In this document: piece by piece, positions 52,131 through 64,000 of the stretch | Layout of the letters: each line of letters opens with the position of its first letter | Numbering within the stretch: the stretch's first letter is position 1 | From: the human T2T-CHM13v2.0 reference genome, Homo sapiens | Length of the DNA: 64,000 bases | Reading direction: 5' to 3' (one strand) | NCBI RefSeq assembly: GCF_009914755.1 | Contig: NC_060934.1 | Position numbers and translations under genes: made by a program | Notes under the pieces: model-generated | What the model was told of the DNA's origin: nothing | The model's input: the letters and a program-made list of their open reading frames with translations, nothing else | The model's database searches: none

Positions 52131-52987
52131 CAAAGATACACAACTTGCAGATATACAACTGGTTCATGGAGATGAAACATTTTCAAATCTACAAGAAAAT
52201 GTTTTCTAAAATGAGCATTTCATATTAGACTTTCACAAGCACTGTATCAGAATTATATTTACTTCATAATGTTGCCAATACTGATATCAGATATTTAATT
52301 TTCTAGCCAGTTCAGGATAATGTGAATTGTGAATAATATATTTGTTCATTCAGTCAACAAACATTTTTTATCAGATACCACCGATATGCTGGACAGTGTC
52401 ATGGATCCTAAAAATATAGCTGTTATTTTTTTTTTTAAACAAAGTCCCCACTGTGATAAAGCTTTTATTCTTTGGGACAGGCAGACAGTAATCCAGATAA
52501 ATAAATGCAAGGGCAAATTGGGGGAAAAATTGGAATGGAGAGCTCAGAATCTGGCCCCAGAGAAGGGCGGAGGGAAAGGGGACCCAGTTCAGAATCTCGG
52601 TGCGTCCACACCAAACAATTCCATGAGGGCTGAGGAGACAGAGCTGAAAGGCTTGTCTGACATCACAAGAGACAGAAAAGTGAGCCCCATTTTCATCTCT
52701 ATCCTGGCAATGTTCCTGGCTTGATTTCCTCCTTCCAGCAGACACAAGAATCAGGGAGCGCACCCTGATGGTAAGATTTTTTTCAGAGGCCTATTTTGGG
52801 CATCCTGGTGAGAACCTGAGTCCGTCACTGACCACGGCAGCCCAGCATGGTCCCCAGTGCGTGGCCCAAGGCCAAGATTCTCTACCTCCATCCTGGAGGC
52901 AGAAGAAATGTCTGGGGGAAAATGAGAGGTTTTAGGTGGTTGGCACTGGGTGAGACCAAGGAGAAATTTTAAAGCTGTGTGTCCTGG

Positions 52988-53301
52988 GGCCAGGGGCGGT
53001 GGCTCACGCCTGTAATCCCAGCACTTTGAGAGGCCGAGGCGGGCAGATCACGAGGTCAGGAGATTGAGACCATCCTGGCTAACGGTGAAACCCCGTCTCT
53101 ACTAAAAATACAAAAAATTAGCCGGGATTGGTGGCCGGCGCCTGTAGTCCCAGCTATTCGGGAGACTGAGGCAGGAGAATGGCGTGAACCGGGAGGCGCA
53201 GCTTGCAGTGAGCTAAGATCGCGCCACTGCACTCCAGCCTGGGTGACAGAAAGAGACTCCTTCTCAAAAAAATAAAAATAAAATAAAAATAAAAAATAGA
53301 A
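52988..53301 (+). mobile_element. AluY
   Basis: Dimer with GATCACGAGGTC, GGCGTGAACC and AGCTTGCAGTG; perfect 15-bp TSD AAAGCTGTGTGTCCT (52971-52985 and 53302-53316). Confidence 0.95.
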
Positions 53302-53680
53302 AAAGCTGTGTGTCCTTTGTTTCTTCATATTTTGCAGATTTTTGATGTCAAAATATTTTCATAGTCAAAAGAGTGTTAATAAAGAATGACTTCTCTGTTA
53401 TAAAAACCCTAATAGTGAATGTATTTACCAAGAAGTTAGATTCTATCTTTGGTTTTTTTGTTTTTTGCCCCGTAGTTTAAAAAAAATAGTTTTATTGTAT
53501 GGATATTCTATAGTTAGTGTATCTATTCACCTCTTGATGGACATTTGGTTTGCTTCCAGTTGTTTTTACTATTTCAAATAAAGTTGCTACGAATGTTTGT
53601 CCAATCGTTTGGACATACGCTTTCATTTGTCTTGGGCAAATAAGCAGGATTTGAATGACTAGGTGGTGTGATATGTTCAA

Positions 53681-53987
53681 TTTTTTTTTTTTTTTTTTTT
53701 TGAGACGGAGTCTCGCTCTGTCGCCCAGGCCCAGGCTGGAGTGCAGTGGTGCATCGCGGCTCACTGAAATCTCCGCCTCCCGGGTCCACGTCATTCTCCT
53801 GCCTCAGCCTCCGGAGTAGCTGGGATTACAGGCGCTCGCCACCACGCCCGGCTAATTTTTTGTATTTTTATTAGATACGGGGTTTCACCGTGTTAGCTAG
53901 GATGGTCTCGATTTCCCGACCTCGTCATCCGCCAGCCTTGGCCTCCCAAAGTGCTGGGATTACAGGTGTGAGCCACCACTCCCGGCC
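53681..53987 (-). mobile_element. Alu (AluSc/Y-like)
   Basis: Poly-T plus antisense dimer with a small internal CCAGGC duplication. Confidence 0.92.
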
Positions 53988-54390
53988 AGTTTAACTTTTA
54001 AAGAAACTGACAAAGTGGCTGTATTTCCAGCAGCGGTGTATGAGCATTCCTGTTTCTTTGTGTTCTCACCAATGTTTAGTATGGTCAGTCTTTTAAATTT
54101 TAGCTATTCTAATAGGCATGTGGCAGTATCTCATTGTAGTTTTAATTTACATTTCCCTAATGATGAATGATGTTGAACATCTTTCAATGTGCTTACGTAT
54201 CATCCATCTGTATTCTATGGTGAAATGTCTGTTCAGATCTCTACATTTGTGTTAGACTATTTGTTTTCCTATTATTGAGTCCTGAGAGTTCTTTGTATAT
54301 TTTGGATAACAAATGTATCTTCACCAGATATAGCTTTTGTAAATTTTTACTCCCAGTCTGTGATTTGTCTTTTTATTCTCTCGATAGCGT

Positions 54391-54695
<305 letters not shown>

Positions 54696-54929
54696 ACTGG
54701 ATAGTGTTTTTCACAGGTCAGATTAATTTTTATATAAATCATTTATTTTATTTTTATTATGTAAAATTTTATAATTTTTAATTTTATTTTTAATTTCCTT
54801 TTTAAAAGGTAAATAAAATTTTAAGTGTAATGATGCAAAATTTTGTTTAAAAGTAAATGCATATAAAAATGTTGATATAGACTAAAAAATTGAATAAGAA
54901 GGTAGTTAGTTGTCACAGTAGGAGTGAAG

Positions 54930-55240
54930 TGAAAAGCTTCCCCTTTCACCCTCTGAAGATTAACCGAAATGAACTGACCATACACAGATTAATAAAAGAA
55001 AGGGTATACAAACTTACTTAAACTGCAAAAACATGAGAGCTATACACAAAGTATAAGACTTGAAGATGGCTCAGATCTTAAACGCTCTCCTCATAGGCAA
55101 TAGATATATAGACCCAGGATGCAGACATTATTTTGTAAATAATTTCCTTTGGAAGCTGGATGGGACAGAATAATTACGGGACGGTGAGAGATGGAACTGC
55201 ACAGGAAAAAGTTTGTCTTTGTCACTTTAATCTTATCATT
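54930..55240 (-). mobile_element. Probable ERV1-class LTR fragment
   Basis: TTCCCTTTCACCCTCTGAAG...AATGAACTGAC...CAGATTAATA..AGAAAGGGTATACAAA resembles antisense MER34/MER39-group LTR ends; family uncertain. Confidence 0.4.
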
Positions 55241-55320
55241 ACTAGAGAATAATTATGAATATTTTAGAATAATATATTTTTAAGCCCAAACCTCACCAAA
55301 TGTTTTTTCTAAAACAAATA

Positions 55321-55636
<316 letters not shown>

Positions 55637-55750
55637 ACATATTTCTATACTTCACTGAAGAAAGGAAGGTGCTAGGAAAATTGGTTAAGAACTATTTTTT
55701 AAAAAGCTATTAGTAGTGTTTTATTTTATTTTATTTTTTAATGATTGATT

Positions 55751-55873
55751 GATTTTTGAGATTGGGATCTCACTATGTTGCCCAGGCTGGTTTCACATTC
55801 CCAAGTTTAAGCAATACCCCTGCCTCAGTCTCCCAAGTAGCTGGGATGACAGGTGTGTGTCACCATACCCAGC
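55751..55873 (-). mobile_element. Alu monomer (FLAM-like)
   Basis: Single antisense arm of about 120 bp. Confidence 0.7.
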
Positions 55874-56042
55874 TCCATTAGTAGCGTTTTTAACAATTGT
55901 GGGCCACTGAGTAAGAATAATTTTTTTTAATTAAAGGTTATTTTTTAAAAAGCACATTTGTAGAAAATTACTAGCATAATCTGCCTAAAATAAATATACA
56001 TATTGAAAAAATGTTTGCTCTGAACAAAAATAAATATATTCA

Positions 56043-56068
56043 CCACACATACATACATACACACGCAC

Positions 56069-56101
<33 letters not shown>
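56043..56101. repeat. (CA)n compound microsatellite
   Basis: Direct CA/CATA run. Confidence 0.9.
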
Positions 56102-56105
<4 letters not shown>

Positions 56106-57504
56106 TTATGGAAGATTTCAAGACCAGGCAATAATTTCCACTCAATCCAAAAACAATGCAATCCCAGAGCTGTGTATTTAGGTGAAAAATATATCAGGAA
56201 TGGGAGGCATTCAGGTTTAATTTTCATGTTTTGGTAGAGTTAGGATGTGACTTTTCATTTAAAAATATTCTTTATTTTTTTGCTACTATTGTGGTTTCTG
56301 TATTGTTACTATACAATCTGTAAACTAAATAGTAAAGGAGAGAAAAGTGATTTTCAAAGAAGCTGGCTTGGGAACAGGTACTATTCTGGGAAGATGAAAG
56401 GTTTCACTTAATGACTGGTACCTGTGCCACTCTGGTTATTTTAACTGTTAACCTTTTAGCAAGAGGTTTTTCTTTTAAAAGACATCCTTTACTATTTGGG
56501 AAGCTAGTGCAATAGTACACATTGAGGCCCACATACCACATGCCAAATATTTAAAAGGCATATTTCTAGCTAACCACTGTACATACATATATTTTTTCTC
56601 TCTTATTTTTATTTTAGTTTTTTTCCTTGTCAACAATTTAATGTCCACACTTATCTTCTATCATCCCACTTTGACAAATAATTTCATACCTTCAAAATGA
56701 TGTGGAAGACTAGATTGGAATTTAGAACCGTGGAACATTGTAATTGTACAGGCAAGTTTCTTCCTGGGAAAAAATAAAACAGGAAGAAAAGGCTGGGCAG
56801 CCTCTGGTTCAGGAAGGAAATTCGGGAGTCCCTTATAGCAGCATCTCTAGTACTTGGGAACCGAACAGACTTCTCGGCCTGTGAGGCTGGAATGGGCCCT
56901 TCTGGAGAACACGACAGAGTAGTTATCTACTGCCTTTGCCCCCAGGGCCCAGGCAACACTTTTACCCTCCATTGCTTGTCTCCGAAGTTAAGGGGAGGAG
57001 ACAATGTTTTGTTTAGTGACCTCGACAGAAAAGGTGTCCTCCTGCAACCACTCATTTGTTACTTTCCTTCTTCCTGAATTGCCTGGACCCACTCCTCCTC
57101 CATTTGACTGGCTCTGTGCACTGATGTTATAGTCAGGAATTGTGGCTTCTAAAAATGTACACCCGACTCTACCCATAGCTGGCCCTGTGAACCTACATAC
57201 TTGCTCCACTGTGTCTCCTTCTCATAGAGACACTCTTCCTGCTGAGTCTCTGCCCTCTGCTCCTAGATCCAAATGGCATCTCCTACCCTATCCCTGTATG
57301 GCTTAACCTAGGGAAACTCTTTCCCAGAGGAGTCAGGTAAGGAGACGGTGGCTGAGCTTCTTACAGACTTAAAGGAGACATCCTGGAATTTAGGAGTCCA
57401 TCCTTCCTTTCTGTCTCCCTGGCAGCTCCTGCTGCTGCTCAAAGTTTAGCTTTGTCTCTCATCCAACTCAGACTGTTGCTGGTCCTGATGGCCTCTGCTT
57501 AGCA

Positions 57505-57644
57505 GTATTAGTATGTTCTTGCATTGCTATAAAGAAATACATGAGAAATACCTTTAGTTGGCTCACGGTTCCATAGGCTATGCAGGAAGCATGGTGGTTT
57601 CTGCTTCCGGGGAGGCCTCAGGAAACTTTTATTCAAGGTGCAGG

Positions 57645-57646
<2 letters not shown>
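57505..57646 (-). mobile_element. MaLR LTR fragment (MST-like)
   Basis: GTATTAGT..GTTCTTGCATTGCTATAAAGAAATAC...TTGGCTCACGGTTC...CAGGAAGCATGG...GAGGCCTCAGGAA; partial second copy at 58538-58629. Confidence 0.8.
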
Positions 57647-57684
<38 letters not shown>

Positions 57685-58869
57685 CCAGCACTGCACTGTG
57701 AGGCCCTGATCCCTGAGCTAACTTCATATTATTACCTCTACAGCAAGTGTCTGTGAGAACATAGATATATTTCTTATGTGAGTACACAATTTACAGAAGA
57801 GGAACTACCCTCCCAACCAAAACAAAATGTCATAATTTTAATTTACCAGCAAACCTAGGTTGCTTCTGTGAAATGATCTCATTTGCTGAGTTTTAAAATT
57901 GACTAAATTTCCCAATTTCCAAATGAAAATATTTAGTTATCTTGCCTTGCTATGTGTTTTTGGTTAATATGATGATTAATTTTTGGTCTATTACTTAATA
58001 TATTTCATGATTGTTGATATGGATTATAAGGACTCACAAAATAGTTTTCAGATGTCTTTAATTTTTTTACTTAGTGTAGATCCTATAAATGGATTAGGAG
58101 TATTCTATTAACTCCCATGTATTCAGAAATCGAATTGGAGTGGTAAATTCTGTTTGAGGTAACAAGGGATATCAAAGGAAAAAAATAATTTTGTGACTAT
58201 GTCTTCTATACATAAATTTTTCAGGCATCTTTATCAATGGCTTATACTAAAGACATTTTCTGGATCATGGGTGACAGACAGAAGACATGCGGATAAGTGG
58301 CATTGTGTACACTACTGCATTTTATCATCTGGTTTATTTTTAAACTTTTATTTCTCTTAAGGATGTTTTATTAACCGGTGCATCACCAGATTAACAGTCT
58401 CTGGAACACTAAACTTACCAGAAAATACTTGTTGATTGAATTAACAAGAAAACAACATTAGAAAACAGTGGTGGCTTGTTTTTGTCTGTTGCAGTATCTT
58501 GGAGAGTAAAGCCTAACTCTTTAATTTTGGCCAAAAATATAAAGAAATACCTGAGAAACACCTTTAGTTGGCTCATGGTTCCGTAGGCTATACAGGAAGC
58601 ATGGTGGTTTCTGCTTCTGGGGAGTCCTCCAACACTTACTGGCAGGGTAATTTTGAAGAAGTCATGATAAGATGGTTGTTACAATTAAATGAAATAATCA
58701 AAATGGAAGAGCTTATTTAGCTGTCTTCCCTAAATGAATCACTGGCAAGTAAGAGTGTGATTGATTTTCCTACCAGTCAGGACTCACCCCTTGAAGCTAT
58801 AGGAGGGTAAACCTCTGAAGACCATACAATTTAGGGAACACTAACACCTCAAAAAACTCTGTAAACTTC

Positions 58870-59247
58870 GTTCCTTCCTTTTCTTTCTTCCTTCCTTCCT
58901 TCCTTCCTTCCTTCCTTCTTTCCTCCTTCCCTCCCTCCCTCTCTCTCTTTTCTTTCTTTGTTCATTTTTGAGACAGAGTCTTGCTCTGTCACTCAGGCTA
59001 GAGTGTAGTGGCTGGATTATGGCTCACTGCTGCCTTGACCTCCTGGGCTCAAGCAATCCTCTCACCTGAGCCTCCCTAGTAGCTGGGACTATTGGCATGC
59101 TCAGCTAATTTTTTCCTCCTTTTCTTTTTGTAGAGACAGGGTCTCATCATGTTGCCCAGGCTGGTCTTGGACTCCTTGGATCAAGCAATCCTGCTGCCTC
59201 AGCCTCCCAAAGTGCTGGATTACAAGCATGAGCCACTGTGCCCAGCC
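58870..59247 (-). mobile_element. AluJ with (TTCC)n-type tail
   Basis: Pyrimidine microsatellite at about 58870-58960, then a diverged antisense dimer. Confidence 0.88.
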
Positions 59248-59286
59248 TTAAGTTTTTTTCATACAGGAGGAAAGAATTTGGGAAAG

Positions 59287-59289
<3 letters not shown>

Positions 59290-59317
<28 letters not shown>
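59290..59317. repeat. (TG)n microsatellite
   Basis: Direct TG run. Confidence 0.95.
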
Positions 59318-59520
59318 TGGTTAGGGAGCCAACACATTTTTCTGCAAAGCTTTGAATTCTGTGCCTCAGTTTTTCATTTTTGTTATGTGCAAAATAAAAT
59401 CATATCCTGCTATAGATGTAAACCTGTGAGCGGATCCTACTCAAAACCTGATTCAAACTTTGTGTAGATCTTTGTCTCTCTATGGCATAAGAATAAATTC
59501 TTCTGGTTTTCTTCCCTCAG

Positions 59521-59924
59521 AAAAAGGGACTTAGACTTCCCACAAGCCTTCCAGAAAGAACTCACCTGCCTCATCTGCCTGAATTACCTCATAGACCCCA
59601 TCACTATAGGCTGTGGGCACAGTTTCTGTAGGCCCTGCCTCTGCCTTTGCTGGGAAGAAGCACACACTCCTGCCCTGCATGCAGGGAGCTGTCACAGCAG
59701 GAAGATTTCAACCAATATTCTTCTGAAGAATCTAGTGTCCATTGTCAGAAAAGCCAGTCTCTGGCAATTCCTGAGCTCTAATGAACAAATGTGCGGGATC
59801 CACAGGGAGACAAAGATGTTCTGTGATGTGGGCAAGAGCCTGCTCTGTTTTTTGTGTTCTAACTCTCAGGAACACTGGGGCACAGAAACACTGGCCCACT
59901 GAAGGGGCAGCTAAGGAACACTGT
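59521..59924 (+). pseudogene. TRIM43-like (TRIM43/48/49/51 family) unprocessed pseudogene fragment: RING and B-box exon
   Basis: Acceptor TTTTCTTCCCTCAG|; start codon mutated to AGG (59525); (R)[48 protein letters not shown]...[55 protein letters not shown]; donor GTAAGT at 59925; frameshifts; no downstream coding exons recognised. Confidence 0.9.
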
Positions 59925-60228
59925 GTAAGTGATGACTCAGAGCACTTTGAAAGCTGGAGGGCATCACAGGTAAAGAGATTAGGAGGAAGATGAAGAGCAT
60001 GAGGATTAATCTATTCTTTACCGAGTGTCATGTACTGCCTAGGCATCAGTGATATAACTGTTATCCTGCTATCAAATCTACTGATAAGTGGCTCATTTAA
60101 CTTATATGCACTCATCACAATGCAAGAAATCCTCTGACTGCTCCTACCATCATGGCCTCTAGCCATGATATGACTTGTCTCCACAGTAGCAGAAACTAAT
60201 CGAGTCCCTATATTAGGGATAAGTGGCA

Positions 60229-60337
60229 TTTATATATATATACAATTTTTATATATAATTTTTATATGATATATAAAATACAAATAAATTGTTATACAAT
60301 ATTTATTATATACATATATATATACATATATATATAT
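60229..60337. repeat. TA-rich simple repeat
   Basis: Degenerate (TA)n tract. Confidence 0.8.
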
Positions 60338-60526
60338 CACAATGCCAAAAATGTTTTGTCTTCGAAATAATCACAGTGCATTTGGATAGACAAATGCATC
60401 TACAACCAGGTGACAACACTGAAAATAAAATTGTAGCAGTTTGAATAGGGGATTAAATGAGTTATTTTTTTCCTGGGGTTCAAAAAAAGAAACAGCAACA
60501 AAAAGTGGTACTTAAGACTGAAAGTT

Positions 60527-60823
60527 GGCCAGGTGCAGCTGCTTATGCCTGTAATCTCAACACTTTGGGAGGCCAAGGTGGGCAGACAACCTGAGGTCAG
60601 GATTTTGAGACCAGCCTGGCCAACATGGCAAAACATAGTTATTACTAAAAATACAAAAATTAGCTGGGCATGGTGGCAGGTGCCTGTAATCCCAGCTACT
60701 CAGGAGGCTGAGGCAGGAGAATCACTTGAACCCAGGAGGCAGAGGCTGCAGTGAGCCAAGATCATGCCATTGTACTGCAGCCTGGGTGACAAAAGCAAAA
60801 CTCCATCTCAAAAAAAAAAAAAA
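60527..60823 (+). mobile_element. Alu (AluS)
   Basis: Full dimer with A-tail, flanked by AAAGTT. Confidence 0.92.
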
Positions 60824-60899
60824 GTTCTGGGTTATGACACAGAACATATGCAACATGAATATGTCATGGTTATGAACATGTAGACTACTCAAGATTGTG

Positions 60900-61515
60900 T
60901 ATTTTTAAAATAATAGAATACGAGGTTAAAAAATTAGCATCACAGAATGAAAAATAAGCCACAAACTAGCAGAAGATAATTGTAACACATAAAAACAAAG
61001 ACTTAAATACAATGGTAATATAATGATAGCTATTCTTACAAAGTTGTTTCTATGTCGCAGGTACTATTCTGAACAACATACGTGCATCTTGAATTCGTGA
61101 AGAATTCCTATATAAGAAAAGCACAAACAACAACATTTAAAATGAGCAAAAAACCCGAATAGGAATTTCACAGAAGAGAAAACATAAATGGCCCATAAAC
61201 ATAATAAAAGATGCTCAACTACAATTCTAATCAGGGAAATAAACATTAAAACCCCAAAGAGATACCACTTCATACTCTAGGAAAAACCTAAAAGGCTGTG
61301 AATATCTAGTTTCATTGAGGAAGAACAATGGGAAGACTATTCACTGCTGGTGAGGGTGTAGATTGGTACAACTGCTTTGGAGAACAGTTTGATGCCACTC
61401 AATAGAGCTGAACACACACATGCCCAAAGACCAAGCAATTCCACTCCAGGTACATACTGTAAAAATACTCCTGCACATGTAGAATAGGAGACACTGCATA
61501 ACAAAGTTAACTAGA
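60900..61515 (+). mobile_element. Old LINE-1 ORF2 3' fragment (L1M)
   Basis: AATTTCACAGAAGAG, AAAAGATGCTCAAC, ATCAGGGAAAT..ACATTAAAACC, TTGGTACAACTGCTTTGGA, GCAATTCCACTCC. Confidence 0.75.
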
Positions 61516-61518
61516 ACA

Positions 61519-61750
61519 TGAGGCTGAGGTGGGAAGATGGCTTGAGACCAGGAGTTCGAGGCTGCACCAGTAGCTGGGACTATAGGCATGTGCCACCGTG
61601 CCTGGCTAATTTTTTGCTGTTGTGGTTGTTGTTAAAGATGAGGTCTTCCTTTATTGAACAAGCTGGTCTCCAACTCCTGGCTTCAAGTGATCTTCCCACT
61701 TCTGCCTCCCAAAGTGCTGGGATTACAGGTGTGAGCCACCATGCCCGGCC
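61519..61750. mobile_element. Fused Alu fragments in opposite orientations (+ 61519-61566, - 61567-61750)
   Basis: GAGGCTGAGGTGGGAAGATGGCTTGAGACCAGGAGTTCGAGGCTGCA joined to CCAGTAGCTGGGACTATAGG...GTGAGCCACCATGCCCGGCC. Confidence 0.85.
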
Positions 61751-63422
61751 AAGTTCTGCTTCTTAACTTGAGGTAGATACTTTGATGTTTCATTTTCCTT
61801 TATTGTACAGATATACTTTATATTCTCATATGTGACACAAGTCAAAATTTAAAAAAACAATTTAACGTTTATTCCCTTTAGATGAATGATGGGCAAATTT
61901 ACATAATGAATTCATTACTGAAACAATGTATAGATTTCAGACTAGGAAAGTAACTATTTATAAAAGAAAAGCTTAAAACCTGAAACAGAAACAAAATCCT
62001 GAAACTGTAAAATTGAGTCAAACTAAAATTTAAAAAACAAAGCAATGATATAAAGTATCATTTGTCCAAATGTGTTCTACAAAACGCTTTTTTCTTAAAT
62101 ATGTCTGAGGAAAAACAGGTTCTAGGAGTAAAATATGTTTGAAAAATGCTGGGTTAAACAACTGAACCTATGAAGGAAGGAATAGAACTTCTCAAGCTCT
62201 TGACTCTGGAATCTTTTTTACACGGCAATTAACACCATGCTTCTTCTTGGATTTGTATTTCAGATAAACACAATCTGGGAAACATTTTATAATACAGAGG
62301 GCCACACCAGATTGAATATTGCCCCCAGGAATGAAATGAAAACAGGAATGGATTCTCCAGTAAGAGGTACCCAGATATCCTAATCTTCAGTAGCTGACCT
62401 AAACCCTGGACAAGTGGGATCAAACCCCATTACCAAATACAACTTTTTAGGAACTAAGTGGATAATCACTCTGTGTTGTATGAACATGTGGGCAGTGTGT
62501 TTCCTACACAGCTTAAAAGTGCAACAAAAAAAGATCTAGGTGTCATGTAAAGAATTTCTACCACTGTTAGGGTAATGGTGGACTGACAGGCAGAGGGTCT
62601 TAGATGTCACTTAAGTAAAGTTCAATAGAAGCTTCCAGCACAGATATTCATGTTTCGAATTGGACCGCTCAGTTAAAAAGTTTTTCCATTAGACTTCCCC
62701 TAATCAAATTAGAAATTATCTAATTTTCTAATAAAGTTTTCCCCAGGCTCAAGAAATCTGTGAACTGGACCTAAGAAATTCTTCATAATGTGCTTTTATT
62801 ACCATAAAAGATGCACATTTATTTTAAAAACTTCTCTACACCACTATCATAAACCTTTGAACACACTTATTTCTTTTGGAAGCTAACTTCTGAGTGGTAA
62901 CGAAATGTATTCTTAAGAAAAAAGTCTGACACAATGCCTTTGTGTCTTAAAATATGTTAAAATATTATTTGAAAAGAGTCAAACATCTGTCTGTTCAGGG
63001 TATCACAGGGCGTCAAACTGGAAAATGTGGCACTGCCAGGAGTTTCTACCTGGTGAAGGTTGGCAGACTTTTCTCTTCAGAGGGCTCTTGACAGGGTAGC
63101 ATCCATTATCTTGCCAATTTACCAAAACCTAGGCCCAATCCTCAGTCTTATAGGTTCAGAATTTTATTTTTATCATCATCAATAGCGTAGCTACATTGCT
63201 TAGAAGAAAACAAAAATAACCATGTTTCAATAGAAATCAGGATATAGATGTATTAATACAGAATGACAAATATAACTGTGACAGAAATAGGAATGCCTGT
63301 TTATGGTCATATACGGCCAATACTTTCATTACAGCCAAACTCATACATGCAGCCAAATAAGAGGCCCCTGGATACACAGGGAATCAGAATAAAAAAAGAA
63401 GAACTGAACATTTAATAGTCTT

Positions 63423-63960
63423 CTTTCATTCAATCAATAATTTTTTTAATTAAGCAACTACTATGTCCAGGTAACCTTCTAGGTCCTGGGGATACAGAGG
63501 TCTCTGCTTACAGAAGTCATATGTAAGTAGCAGGTGAAGAGTATGTGTTTCACAGAAGTTTATTACAATATATTAACAAGAGCAAAAAATTTTGGAAGCA
63601 ATCTAAATGTTCAATAATAGAGTTCCAATTAAATAACAATAAATCCAAATAATGAAAAATAATGCAGCCCTTTAAGAATAAGCACTTGCAAGCCGTAATT
63701 CATGACATGGGAAAATTATCATGATGGAAAAAGAAGCAAGCTATGTATAGTGCACGATCCTATACACACACATACATACATAAATATTTCCTATCCCTTT
63801 ATATGCATAAGAAAACAAGCGGGAGGAAAGTCATATCTTTAGTCAAATGTTGTTTACTAACGTACTATTAATGATTATCTTTTCTTTTTCTTTATACCTT
63901 TTTGCATTTTTCAATTTCCTAAAATAGCCTTACATACCTTTTATCACCAGGAGAAAAATT
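63423..63960. mobile_element. L2 3' end (-) followed by a very old L1 3' fragment (+)
   Basis: TTCATTCAATCAA...ACTACTATGTCCAGG..CTAGGTCCTGGGGATACAG, then TTGGAAGCAATCTAAATGTTCAA and TGACATGGGAAAA. Confidence 0.55.
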
Positions 63961-64000
63961 ACTTCTAAAGTAATTTCAGTCAACATGCATACTAAGAACT

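Noticed and set aside
58755-58866. Possible remnant promoter and non-coding first exon of the TRIM43-like gene (TGATTGATTTT, donor-like GTAAAC)
   Set aside because: Position is plausible but the motifs are too degenerate to support without an alignment.
62229-62423. 64-aa minus-strand ORF in unique sequence
   Set aside because: Short, with no recognisable domain or splice structure; expected by chance.

Overview
Human (or great-ape) pericentromeric segmental-duplication mosaic with no intact protein-coding gene. Layout: repeat-rich AT-rich DNA with old L1, MER21, Tigger3 and AluJ (1-14 kb); a short (GGAAT)n HSat3-like block containing an Alu 3' fragment, followed by about 6 kb of diverged HSat2 (14.06-20.39 kb); old L1/L2 DNA; a 2.3-kb GC-rich GCTTTTTGC/CAAAAAGC tandem array (25.3-27.5 kb); an IGK-derived segment; an Alu/L1-dense block; and an isolated TRIM43-like RING/B-box exon pseudogene (59.5-59.9 kb). 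The IGK-derived segment carries an IGKV1 orphon pseudogene (open V exon, intact 12-RSS, both ATGs and the octamer mutated), two further heavily decayed IGKV relics visible only by manual reading, and an internally deleted HERV-L whose 3' MLT2A LTR contains a second antisense MLT2A LTR. Nearly all long ORFs in the track are artefacts of the satellite and GC-rich repeats. Repeat family and subfamily names come from pattern recognition, not database searches, and the boundaries of old repeats are approximate.
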